Source of the DNA: Planctomycetota bacterium
GTDB taxonomy: Bacteria > Planctomycetota > UBA1135 > UBA2386
DNA: 64,000 nucleotides
Assembly (NCBI GenBank): GCA_965228735.1
Contig: OZ245838.1
Span: forward strand, 6,624,001-6,688,000
Reading direction: 5' to 3'
Shown: piece after piece, positions 1 through 8,373 of the stretch
Position numbering within the stretch: position 1 is the stretch's first letter
Layout: each line of letters begins with the position of its first letter
Notes under the pieces: model-generated
Told to the model about the DNA's origin: nothing
Databases searched by the model: none
The model's input: the letters and a program-made list of their open reading frames with translations, nothing else
Translations under genes and position numbers: made by a program

Positions 1-675
1 TCGCCCGCCAAGGTCGAGTCGCTCGAGTCCTACACCTCACTCATTCCGTACACCGACGCGGACGGCAACGCACAGCTGTTGCTCGCGGGCGGCGACGTGC
101 TCACCGGCCACGACCCGAAGACGGGCGCGGAGCTCTGGCGCTGGGGGACCTGGAACGAAGGTCACCGCGAACGCTTCTGGCGGCTCGTGCCGAGCGTCGT
201 CACGGGGTCCGGCATGGCCCTGGTCTGCGCGCCGAAGCGCGCGCCGGTCTACGCCATCCAGCTCGGCGGGAAGGGCGAGCTGCCGAAGGAAGCGTGCGCG
301 TGGCAGAGCGAGGGCCGGCCGAACCCGGTCTCGAGCGATGTGCCGACGCCCGCGTTCGAGGGCGGCGCGTTCTACGTGCTCTCCGACGTGCGCGCGGCGC
401 TGTCGAAGGTCGACGCCAGGACCGGCAAGGTGCAGTGGACGACGAACCTGCCGAAGGAGCACCTCTGGCGCGGTTCGCCGACGGTCGCGGATGGCAAGGT
501 CTACTGCATGAACCACAACGGCCTCGTCGTCGTCGCCGACTGCGACACCGGCGAGATCGCGCACCAGGTCGCGATGGGCGACGAAGGCGACGACCACACG
601 CGCAGCACGATCGTCGCCGCGCACGGCGCGCTGTTCATCCGCACGAACGGCGCGCTCTACTGCCTCGCGCGGTAA
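1..675 (+). CDS. PQQ-like beta-propeller repeat protein (BamB-like), 5'-truncated by window edge
   Basis: Open frame from window start; repeats such as GHDPKTGAELWRW, KVDARTGKVQW and GSPTVADGKVY are typical of PQQ-type propellers. Confidence 0.85.
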   Translation, partial: SPAKVESLESYTSLIPYTDADGNAQLLLAGGDVLTGHDPKTGAELWRWGTWNEGHRERFWRLVPSVVTGSGMALVCAPKRAPVYAIQLGGKGELPKEACAWQSEGRPNPVSSDVPTPAFEGGAFYVLSDVRAALSKVDARTGKVQWTTNLPKEHLWRGSPTVADGKVYCMNHNGLVVVADCDTGEIAHQVAMGDEGDDHTRSTIVAAHGALFIRTNGALYCLAR

Positions 676-692
676 CGAACGTCGGGTAACCG

Positions 693-1217
693 TTACCGCG
701 CTTCGGTCGCGCCCTGCAGCACCCGCCGGGCGCGCGCGAGGCGGGAGCGGACCGTGCCGATCGGGACGCCGAGCGCGATCGCGATCTCCTCGTAGCTCTT
801 GCCGGACGACTCGAACAGGTGCAGCACCTCGCGCTGCTCCGGCGTCAACGACTCGCGCGCGGCGGCGAGGGCCTCGCCGAGCTCGTGCGCGACCGCGACG
901 TGGATCGGGTTGTCGCACTCGTCGTGCAGCTTGCAGTGCGACGACGCCACGTGCTCGTGGTGGCGCCGGCGGCGAACGGTCCGACGCAGGTGGCGGCTGC
1001 GGTGCACGACGGCAGCCGCGAGCCAGTAGCGCGGGTCCGCGGGCGGTTCGGGCTGCGAGACCAGCGCGAGCAACGCCTCTTGCAGCGCGTCCTGGGCGAG
1101 GTGGTCGCAACCGAGGAAGCGTCGCGCGATGCGCAGCAGCCGACGCAGGTCGGCGTCGGAGAGATCGGGAAAGTCAGGTTCACCGCGAAGCGGCGCGGCG
1201 AGTGTGGAAACCGACAT
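693..1217 (-). CDS. ECF-type RNA polymerase sigma factor with His/Cys-rich linker
   Basis: Region 2 (LAQDALQEALL, YWLAAAVVHR) and region 4 (SYEEIAIALGVPIGTVRSRLARAR) motifs; 174 aa. Confidence 0.9.
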   Translation of the reverse strand: MSVSTLAAPLRGEPDFPDLSDADLRRLLRIARRFLGCDHLAQDALQEALLALVSQPEPPADPRYWLAAAVVHRSRHLRRTVRRRRHHEHVASSHCKLHDECDNPIHVAVAHELGEALAAARESLTPEQREVLHLFESSGKSYEEIAIALGVPIGTVRSRLARARRVLQGATEAR

Positions 1218-1301
1218 GCGGTCACCCGTGGGGATTCAGTGCAGCGGGAACGGCCGGTGCGCCGCAGGCGTGCGGACGCAGTCAGCGCTCGAAGCGAGAA
1301 C

Positions 1302-1784
1302 TCAGGCTTCGGCTGCCGCCGGGGGCGCGCGCGATGGTGGGATCCGGACCGGTCGCGCCCGGGTCTGCGAGGTCACGTCGACGCGGTCGTGGTCGAGCGC
1401 TCCGCGGGCGAGCTGCCAGTCGACGCTCGGCGCGAAGCCGCATGGCGTGCCCATCTCGAGCTCGCATGCGAAGCACACGTGGCCGCACTCGGTGCCGTCC
1501 TCGACGCTATCCGTGCCGCTCGGCACTTCACGTTCAGCTGGCCCGTGATCGAGGCCGCAGCTGCACTGGTGGACCGGTGCCCCAGTAGCGCTCGAAGCCG
1601 CGATCGAACCCGCAGTCGAATCCGCAGTCGAATCCGCTGGGGCGTGGCCGTGATCGTGCCCGCAGGCGTGGGTATGCAGGCCCGGCAGCGCGATTCGCAA
1701 TGCGATCGCGAGCAACGCCAGCCCCACGAACAGCCGGGCGAAGCGGCGCTCGAGGCGGTGGGGGTTGCGGGTCGGGTTGGCCAC
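1302..1784 (-). CDS. Exported His/Cys-rich leader protein with CxxC and C-terminal RAPP motif (DUF2946/CruR-like)
   Basis: RR plus hydrophobic N-terminus, HTHACGHDHGH, CGHVCFAC, ends PPSRAPPAAAEA; GTG start. Confidence 0.7.
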   Translation of the reverse strand: MANPTRNPHRLERRFARLFVGLALLAIALRIALPGLHTHACGHDHGHAPADSTADSTAGSIAASSATGAPVHQCSCGLDHGPAEREVPSGTDSVEDGTECGHVCFACELEMGTPCGFAPSVDWQLARGALDHDRVDVTSQTRARPVRIPPSRAPPAAAEA

Positions 1785-1879
1785 GGGGGCAAGGAGGTTA
1801 CGACCGCCGACCCGGCTTGGGAAGGGGTGGAATGGCCTTCAGGCCCACAGCACCGGCCCGCGACCGGCTTCGATTTCGT

Positions 1880-1904
1880 GGAACTCGCGAGTCGCAGCGG
1901 CACT
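1880..1904 (+). promoter_or_regulatory. Putative ECF promoter upstream of secretin
   Basis: GGAACTC-N12-GGCACT, ending 8 nt before GTG at 1913; motif repeated at 3988-4013. Confidence 0.55.
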
Positions 1905-1912
1905 CCGGCCGC

Positions 1913-3934
1913 GTGACGGTGTCCCCTTGCTTTCGTTCGCGGTTCTCGCGTTTCCTGCGCTCCGGGGCCGCGATCCTCGGCGCTGCGGCCGTCTTCGGCG
2001 GGCCGATCGTCGGGTTCTCGGGCGCTGCCGTCGCTCAGGGCGAGACTCCTCCCGAACCGCGCATCGTGACGCTCGGCACCCACCAACGGCTGCCGTTCGA
2101 CCGCGACGTCGAGCGCCTGGCCGTCGGCAGCGACACGGTGCTCACGGTCGACCTCATCAACACCCGCGAGGCGCTCGTGCTCGGCGGCTGCATGGGCACG
2201 ACGACCGTCCTCGTCTGGTACACCGACGGCACCTACGAGTCGCTCCTGTTCCGCGTGCAGCGCGACCTGTCCGTGCTGCAGCGCGCCCTGCGTGACATCT
2301 CACCGGGTGTCGTGGTCGAGATGGCCTCGGATCGGAACGCGCTGGTCGTGCGCGGTGTCGTGCCCGATGAACTGCGCCGTCAGGCCGTGCTGCGCGCCGC
2401 CGACAACTACCTCGCGGCCGGTGCGCCGCTCGACGTCGCGGTCGGTGCGCGCGACGCGTCGACGGCCGCGACGGAGCCGGCCGAGGTCCAGCTGTCGGAT
2501 CCGAGTCGCGAACCGGCGTCCCAAGTCATCGACCTGCTGCGTCTCGCCGAACTGCCGACGACCCTCGAGGACCGCATCCTCGAGGCGATCCGACCGATCG
2601 CCGGTCCCGACGTGCAGGTGCGCCGCCTGCAGCGCAACCCGCTGCGCGACGACGAAGAAGACGTGCTCGTGCTCGAGGGGTCCGTGCCGGACCAGATCGC
2701 GCTCGTGCGCGCGATGCAGCTCGCGGCGCAGCTGTTCCTCGGCGATTCCAACGCGGCGAGCGCGAACCGGAACGCGATCCAGGTGCTCGCCGACGAAGCG
2801 GGCGGCTTGCTCGGGCAGCGCGGCAACCTCGGCGGTGGCCAGGGCGCCGGTCAGGGCGGCCAGGGCGGTGGCTTCGGCGGCGGCGGGCAGGGCGCGGGTG
2901 GCTTCGCCGGTGGCGGCGGCGTCAACGTGCAGCGCAACGAGATCCAGCGCAACCTCGGCCGCGCGACCATGCTGTCGATGGCGCGCGGTCGGATCCTGTC
3001 GTTCGTCGAGGTGCGCGATCGGCCGCAGGTGCGGGTCGCGGTGCAGTTCTTCGAGATCGATCGCGATCGCCTGTTCCAGTTCTCGTCCGAGATCCAGGGG
3101 CTCGTCTCGGACTTCGACCAACCGCCGCTCGTGCCGGCCGACGTCGCTGGTCGCATCCAGCCGACGCCCGCGAACGTCGGCGCGTTCTCCGACAGCGACG
3201 TGCAGGCCGGCCTCGCGTCACTGACGCGGGGCTTCAGTCAGCAGATCCAGGTGAGCGGCCGGCGCTTCGCGCTCGACACGCTGCTGCAGGCGCTCGAGGC
3301 CCGCGGGATCGCGCGGCGACTTTCGGGTCCCGTGGCGACGGTGCTGAACGGTGAGACCGCGCAGTTCCAGGTCGGCGGCGAGATCCCGGTGCCGCAGGCG
3401 TTCACGCCCGCGGCCGGCGCGAACGCCGGGCTCGGCACCTTCGCCTCCGTCGACTTCCGCGCGTTCGGCGTCGGGCTCGGCATCCGCCCGCTGGTCGGGG
3501 CCGACGACGACGTGACCCTCGACCTGAGCTCGATCGTGTCGCAGCCGGATCAGATCCTGACGACGGTCGTGCGCGACGCGACGGGCACCGACCCGCAGAC
3601 GACGGCGTTCTCGACGCGCGCGCTGCGCACCAACGCGCGCCTGCAGGACGGTCAGAGCCTGCTCATCGGCGGGCTCGTCTCACGCTCGCAGCAGAGCGAC
3701 GTGTCGAAGACGCCGATCCTCGGCGACCTGCCGCTGCTCGGCTGGTTGTTCCGCTCGACGAACGACACCTACGGTCAGTCGGAGCTGTTCGTGCTCGTGA
3801 GCCCGAGCGTCGTGCGGCCGCCCGTGCCGGGCAGTGATCTGTGGCTGCACCCCGGGCTCGGCGAGACGCTGGCGGGGTGTCTGCCGAAGCGGCCTGCCGC
3901 CGCCGAATCGGGCGACACATCCGGCGAGGAGTGA
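1913..3934 (+). CDS. cpaC: Tad pilus secretin (CpaC/RcpA family)
   Basis: Signal peptide, pilus N-domain (GTTTVLVW), secretin motifs LNGETAQFQVGGEIPVP and KTPILGDLPLLGWLFRS; start GTG 1913 or 1919 uncertain. Confidence 0.9.
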   Translation: MTVSPCFRSRFSRFLRSGAAILGAAAVFGGPIVGFSGAAVAQGETPPEPRIVTLGTHQRLPFDRDVERLAVGSDTVLTVDLINTREALVLGGCMGTTTVLVWYTDGTYESLLFRVQRDLSVLQRALRDISPGVVVEMASDRNALVVRGVVPDELRRQAVLRAADNYLAAGAPLDVAVGARDASTAATEPAEVQLSDPSREPASQVIDLLRLAELPTTLEDRILEAIRPIAGPDVQVRRLQRNPLRDDEEDVLVLEGSVPDQIALVRAMQLAAQLFLGDSNAASANRNAIQVLADEAGGLLGQRGNLGGGQGAGQGGQGGGFGGGGQGAGGFAGGGGVNVQRNEIQRNLGRATMLSMARGRILSFVEVRDRPQVRVAVQFFEIDRDRLFQFSSEIQGLVSDFDQPPLVPADVAGRIQPTPANVGAFSDSDVQAGLASLTRGFSQQIQVSGRRFALDTLLQALEARGIARRLSGPVATVLNGETAQFQVGGEIPVPQAFTPAAGANAGLGTFASVDFRAFGVGLGIRPLVGADDDVTLDLSSIVSQPDQILTTVVRDATGTDPQTTAFSTRALRTNARLQDGQSLLIGGLVSRSQQSDVSKTPILGDLPLLGWLFRSTNDTYGQSELFVLVSPSVVRPPVPGSDLWLHPGLGETLAGCLPKRPAAAESGDTSGEE

Positions 3935-3987
3935 TGCGGTTACGGCGAGCCAGCACGGTCGTCGGACCACGTTTTTCGCGCGATTCG

Positions 3988-4013
3988 GGAACTCCCGTAC
4001 CCGCACCGGCACT
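3988..4013 (+). promoter_or_regulatory. Putative ECF promoter upstream of Flp pilin
   Basis: GGAACTC-N13-GGCACT, second copy of the motif at 1880-1904. Confidence 0.55.
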
Positions 4014-4079
4014 AGCCCCGTGACGCGGGTGTTCGCGTCCCCGGTTTCCCAACGCCTCCCCGTCAGAACAACGACTCCA

Positions 4080-4442
4080 ATGATCAAGCTCCTGCAGAAC
4101 AAGAAGGGCTCCGCCCTCGTCGAATACGGCCTCCTGGTCGCCGGCGTCGCGCTCGTCAGCGCCGTCTCCGTGTCGATCTTCGGCCACAAGACCAACGACC
4201 TCCTGGCCGCGACCGCGACGATCCTGCCGGGCGCGCACGACGACGACAACGGCCCGATCGTCAGCGCCAAGCTGATCGAGACGACCCGCGACCCGAACAA
4301 CAACGACGCGATCATCCTCGATCCGGCCGCTGCGGCGACCGAAGCGCCGCGCCTCGGCAACAACCTGCTCGGCGCGAGTTTCAACGCCCCGGGCGGCTCG
4401 GGCAACGTGCTCGGCTCGACGCTCGTCATCGAGGCGAACTGA
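4080..4442 (+). CDS. flp: Flp family pilin with C-terminal extension
   Basis: MIKLLQNKKG/SALVEYGLL: Gly cleavage site and EY Flp motif followed by a hydrophobic helix; 120 aa. Confidence 0.9.
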   Translation: MIKLLQNKKGSALVEYGLLVAGVALVSAVSVSIFGHKTNDLLAATATILPGAHDDDNGPIVSAKLIETTRDPNNNDAIILDPAAAATEAPRLGNNLLGASFNAPGGSGNVLGSTLVIEAN

Positions 4443-4455
4443 GCCGTCGGGTTCG

Positions 4456-4488
4456 GACCACGACCGCGCTGTCCCGCGTGTCGTGGTC
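4456..4488 (+). terminator. Hairpin downstream of pilin (attenuator or mRNA stabiliser)
   Basis: gaccacgac/gtcgtggtc stem extended by cgcg/cgcg; no U-tract. Confidence 0.35.
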
Positions 4489-4598
4489 GTCGAACTCGTC
4501 GACTGCTCGCGCGATCGCGGTCACCTCGATGCGGGGTGCCCGCGTTCGTGCGTTACGGGCGATCCCCGTGATTGCCGTCCCCAGCTGACCGACTCCCC

Positions 4599-5072
4599 AT
4601 GACTCCGCCGCTCGGACCGAACCTGGCCGCCTTCGCGCTGCTGCTGGTCGCGGTCTGGACCGACCTGCGCGGGCGGACGATCCCGGACACGATTCCGATC
4701 GCGATGGTCGTGCTGGCTCTTCTCGCGACCGCCTTCGGCTGGCACGCGGTGAGCTTCGCCGGACTCGGACTCGGCCTCGCCATCGGGTTCGGGCTCGGGG
4801 CGCTGTTGTTCTACGGCGGCGCGATGGGTGGGGGTGACGCCAAGCTGTGCGCCGGGCTCGGCGCGTTCTGCGGCTGGTCGCGGCTGCTCGAGGTGCTCTT
4901 CGCGACGGCGCTGTGCGGTGGGGTGCTCGCATACTGGGCGAAGCGTCGCGGTCAGCGCAGCCTGCCGTACGCGCCGGCGTTCGCCGCCGGCTATGCCGTC
5001 ACGGTCGCCATCGCGTGGACCCTGCCGCCGACCGGCGGCCTGTGGGAGCTGATCACCGGGAGGTCGACGTGA
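4599..5072 (+). CDS. cpaA: Prepilin peptidase (A24 family, CpaA/TadV)
   Basis: TDLRGRTIPD and MGGGDAKL aspartic peptidase motifs, multi-TM. Confidence 0.9.
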   Translation: MTPPLGPNLAAFALLLVAVWTDLRGRTIPDTIPIAMVVLALLATAFGWHAVSFAGLGLGLAIGFGLGALLFYGGAMGGGDAKLCAGLGAFCGWSRLLEVLFATALCGGVLAYWAKRRGQRSLPYAPAFAAGYAVTVAIAWTLPPTGGLWELITGRST

Positions 5073-5959
5073 TCGGTGCCGCGCGTCGTGTTGCGCGCGC
5101 TGCCGAACGCGGCGCCATCATGGTCGAGTTCGCGCTCGTTGCGCTCGTGCTCTACTTCCTGCTCGGTGCGCTGCTGTCGTTCGGCACGATGATCCAGAGC
5201 GCGCAGGTCGCGCAGGACGTCGCGCGACTCGGCGCGCGTGAGCTCGCGCTCACGGCGTTGCCCGCCGAGCTGACGTTCGAGGAAGCGCTCGATGCGACGC
5301 GCGATCGCGTGTTCGACCCGAACCGGCTCGTCGTCGATCTCGAAGTGCTCGCGGACCAGGGCATCGAGATCGAGGACTACTTCGCGACGCTGCCGTTGGT
5401 GAACCGCGCGCTGCGGCCGGTCTTCGTCTACGACGTCGTCGCTGGCCGCCGGCTGCTGCGCTTCCCCGGTGCGGTGCTCCAGTCGCCGGAGCCGACGGTG
5501 TTCAACGCCGGCCTGACGGTCGGCGTGCCGCTCGTCGTGCAGCGGGGCGCGGACGGCGAGACGATCCGCTGGCTGCCGATCGTCGAGGAGGTGCGGCCCG
5601 ATCCCGCCGATCCCGCAACGGGTTCGTTCTCCGCTGCGGCCACCGGCAGCGACCGCGCGTTCGTCGCGCTCCGCATCAACATTCCCGCGACGGCCGCGGC
5701 CCTCGCCGAGTACGACGGTCCGAGCACGTGGCCGCCGGCAACCAACGCGGGCCAGCCGCACGAGGTCGGGCCGGTGACCGCGCTCGCCGGGTCCGTGCCG
5801 CCGTACGGGACGCCTTTTGCCGGCGCCGTCAGCGAAGGGCCCGGCGCCATCGGCGGCGAGCAGGGGCTCGGCGAACTGGGCGCGCTCGGCACGCCCGTGC
5901 GCCCGTTCCGCCGCGTGTTCCTCGGCCAGGCGTTCTTCCGCCGCGAGGTCTTCCAATAA
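5069..5959 (+). CDS. tadE: TadE-like pseudopilin
   Basis: RG/AIMVEFALV and AQDVARLGARE motifs; GTGA overlap with cpaA. Confidence 0.8.
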   Translation: MIGAARRVARAAERGAIMVEFALVALVLYFLLGALLSFGTMIQSAQVAQDVARLGARELALTALPAELTFEEALDATRDRVFDPNRLVVDLEVLADQGIEIEDYFATLPLVNRALRPVFVYDVVAGRRLLRFPGAVLQSPEPTVFNAGLTVGVPLVVQRGADGETIRWLPIVEEVRPDPADPATGSFSAAATGSDRAFVALRINIPATAAALAEYDGPSTWPPATNAGQPHEVGPVTALAGSVPPYGTPFAGAVSEGPGAIGGEQGLGELGALGTPVRPFRRVFLGQAFFRREVFQ

Positions 5960-5999
5960 CCGCCGCCGCCTCCTCCTCCCGACTCCAGCGATCGACATC

Positions 6000-7076
6000 A
6001 TGGCTTCCCGTCACCGTCCTGTTTCTCCGCGCACCCGGCCGCGACTGCGCTCGGCGTCGTGGTTGCTCGTGCCGATCGGCGGCTTCGCGCTGCTCCTGCT
6101 CGGCCTGATCGTCTACGTCACGGTCGTCGGCGAACTGCGGTTGCCGTTCGGCGACGGCGTCGTGTTCGCGTTCGGCAAGGAGGAGCAGAACGAAGCGAGC
6201 GCGAACGTGCGCACCCTGCCCGAGGGCACGGTCGGAGTGTTCGCGTGCCCGCGTAAGCTGCCCGCGTTCACGAAGATCACGCGCGATCACCTGCTCACCG
6301 CCGACGGGTTCCACACCGTTCCCGTCGTCGAGTCGGCCATCGAAGCCAACGGTCTGTTCGCGACCGACGTCGACGGTTTGAAGCGACTGCTCGGCCGCGT
6401 GCTGCGGCGCGAGAAGCCGGTCAACTTCGCGTTCAGCGAGGGCGACTTCCTGCCGGTCGGGACCAAGGCCGGACCGAGCGCCGGCATCCCGCCCGGCATG
6501 CGCGGCGTCTGGATCGACGTCGCGACGGTCCCTGGCCTCGCAAGTGCCTCGGCGGGGGATCGCATCGATCTCGTGGCGGCTTCGCAGGCGGCCGATCGTC
6601 CGCCCGCTGACCCGGGGCTGCTCGGCAACGTCGCCGACCCCGTGATGCGGGCGCGCGTGCAGATGCTGGCGACGCAGCCGCGCACTGGTGGCGATACGCG
6701 GTCCTGGGTCGTCGCGCGTCATGCGCTCGTCGTGCAGTCGATGCGACCGCGGCCGTCGAGCGTCGCGCCGAAGCCGGCGGCGGCCAACAGCAAGGGGGTC
6801 GAAGAGGTGTTCGTCGCGATGCAGCCGCAGGAGGTCGCGAAGTTCAGCCAGGCGATGGCCGAGGGTGCGACCCTCGTCGTGGCGCCGCGTTCGGGCCAGC
6901 CGGAGAACGAAGCCGTGGACGAGATCGAGGACGTCGTGCCGCCCGACCCGAGCGCGGCGCTGCGGGAGTTGCTCGTCGGCTCCTCCGGGACCCCGGCGAG
7001 CCTCGGCGTCGTCGAGGTCATCCGCGGTGAGTCGCGCGCGTCGGTGACCGTGCCGCGGGGGCAGGGGGGGCGTTGA
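6000..7076 (+). CDS. cpaB: Flp pilus assembly protein CpaB/RcpC-like
   Basis: One TM, SAF-like region, GIPPGMRGVWI and GDRIDLV motifs. Confidence 0.75.
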   Translation: MASRHRPVSPRTRPRLRSASWLLVPIGGFALLLLGLIVYVTVVGELRLPFGDGVVFAFGKEEQNEASANVRTLPEGTVGVFACPRKLPAFTKITRDHLLTADGFHTVPVVESAIEANGLFATDVDGLKRLLGRVLRREKPVNFAFSEGDFLPVGTKAGPSAGIPPGMRGVWIDVATVPGLASASAGDRIDLVAASQAADRPPADPGLLGNVADPVMRARVQMLATQPRTGGDTRSWVVARHALVVQSMRPRPSSVAPKPAAANSKGVEEVFVAMQPQEVAKFSQAMAEGATLVVAPRSGQPENEAVDEIEDVVPPDPSAALRELLVGSSGTPASLGVVEVIRGESRASVTVPRGQGGR

Positions 7077-8371
7077 GCCGACGGGACGTGAAGCCAACCG
7101 GCGGTGCCGAGGAACGCGAACGGGGTGCGGTGCTCGTGCTCTTCGCGCTGCTGCTCGTCGGCATGTTCGGAATGCTCGCGGTGCTCGTCGACGGCGGGCG
7201 CCTGCGCGTGACCCGGCAGCAGATGGATGCCGGCGTCGAGCACGCCGCGCTCGAGGGTGTGCGCTTCAAGGACAGCGAGGGCGACGCGGGGCGTCGCCTG
7301 CGCGCTCGCATCGCGATGGCGCGGCAGTTTGACGACGATTTCGTCCTCGAGAACGGCGATCGCATCGGCTTAGGGGCCGGCACGGTAGCGATCGTCACGC
7401 CGGGTGCGCAGGCGCCGCTCGGTGGCCGTCTCGATGTGCCGTTGGCTCCGGTCGCGCGTTACTGGAAGCCCGATCCGGATCCAGCGAACCCTGAACCGCC
7501 TGACCCTGAGTCGGTCTTGCAGGACAACCTGGCCAACGCGACTCACGGAGACTTCGTTGCCGGCACCCACGATCCGGGTGCGGGAGAACCGATCGAGGAC
7601 GATCTGTTCCAGCGCAACGACTTCGTGGCAACGACGTTCGGCAGCTCGACCGCGGAACTGGCCGCGGCCCCAGCGTTCCTTGCACGCCTGCGACGCGCCA
7701 ACGGGCGGCTCGCGCTCGACCGCCAGCTCGGAGTGAGTTCGGCTGGTCCGCCGTTCGAGTATCTGTGGGCGCGCGGTAGTGCGTGGCGCGAACCGGGGCT
7801 GGGCGAGACCAACGCGAGTCGAGCGGATGGCCTCACCGTGCGCGCCGCGGCGATCGCGAGCACGGAACGTGCCCTCGTCGTCACGGCTTTGCCCGGCAGC
7901 GGCCTCGCGATGGCGCCGTTCGCGCTCAGGGCCGAGCCTGCCTCCAGCTGGTCGGGCACCCTCGTCGGTGACTCGCTGGTCGTGACCGTCGACTCGATCG
8001 GCACGTTGACGCTCGGCGGGCAGGAGGAGGGCGCCGTGTTCTTCGCGGCAGGCTTCGCACCTGTGGTCGGGCTCACAATCGCCCCGAGGCCGGGTGACGT
8101 TCCCTCGATGCCAGCTGGCCAGTTGATCGTACCGGTGTACGGGATCGTGGGCACGATCCGGCGCATCGCCGGATTCACTCTCGCCACTGCGACGCTTGTC
8201 GGTGACGAGTTGACCGTGATCCGAGTGCCTGGCGGCGTGCTGCCGGCCGGCGCTTCGGCCATCGCACCGGCAGCTCTCGACGCGCGCGTGGAGCTGGGGC
8301 GCGACCCGGCGCTGCGCGCGCTCCACCAGTCGTTTCCATTCCCCGTTCTCGCACCAGCTCTCCGCCGCTAG
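7073..8371 (+). CDS. tadG: TadG-like pilus tip/pseudopilin protein
   Basis: ERG/AVLVLFALL...AVLVDGG...QQMDAGVEHAALEG Tad N-terminal motif. Confidence 0.75.
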   Translation: MSRRDVKPTGGAEERERGAVLVLFALLLVGMFGMLAVLVDGGRLRVTRQQMDAGVEHAALEGVRFKDSEGDAGRRLRARIAMARQFDDDFVLENGDRIGLGAGTVAIVTPGAQAPLGGRLDVPLAPVARYWKPDPDPANPEPPDPESVLQDNLANATHGDFVAGTHDPGAGEPIEDDLFQRNDFVATTFGSSTAELAAAPAFLARLRRANGRLALDRQLGVSSAGPPFEYLWARGSAWREPGLGETNASRADGLTVRAAAIASTERALVVTALPGSGLAMAPFALRAEPASSWSGTLVGDSLVVTVDSIGTLTLGGQEEGAVFFAAGFAPVVGLTIAPRPGDVPSMPAGQLIVPVYGIVGTIRRIAGFTLATATLVGDELTVIRVPGGVLPAGASAIAPAALDARVELGRDPALRALHQSFPFPVLAPALRR

Positions 8372-8373
8372 CG

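Noticed and set aside
1230..1270. Autoregulatory copy of the ECF motif upstream of the ECF gene (CGCAC-N15-CACT on the minus strand)
   Set aside because: Both the -35 element and the spacing deviate from the two good copies
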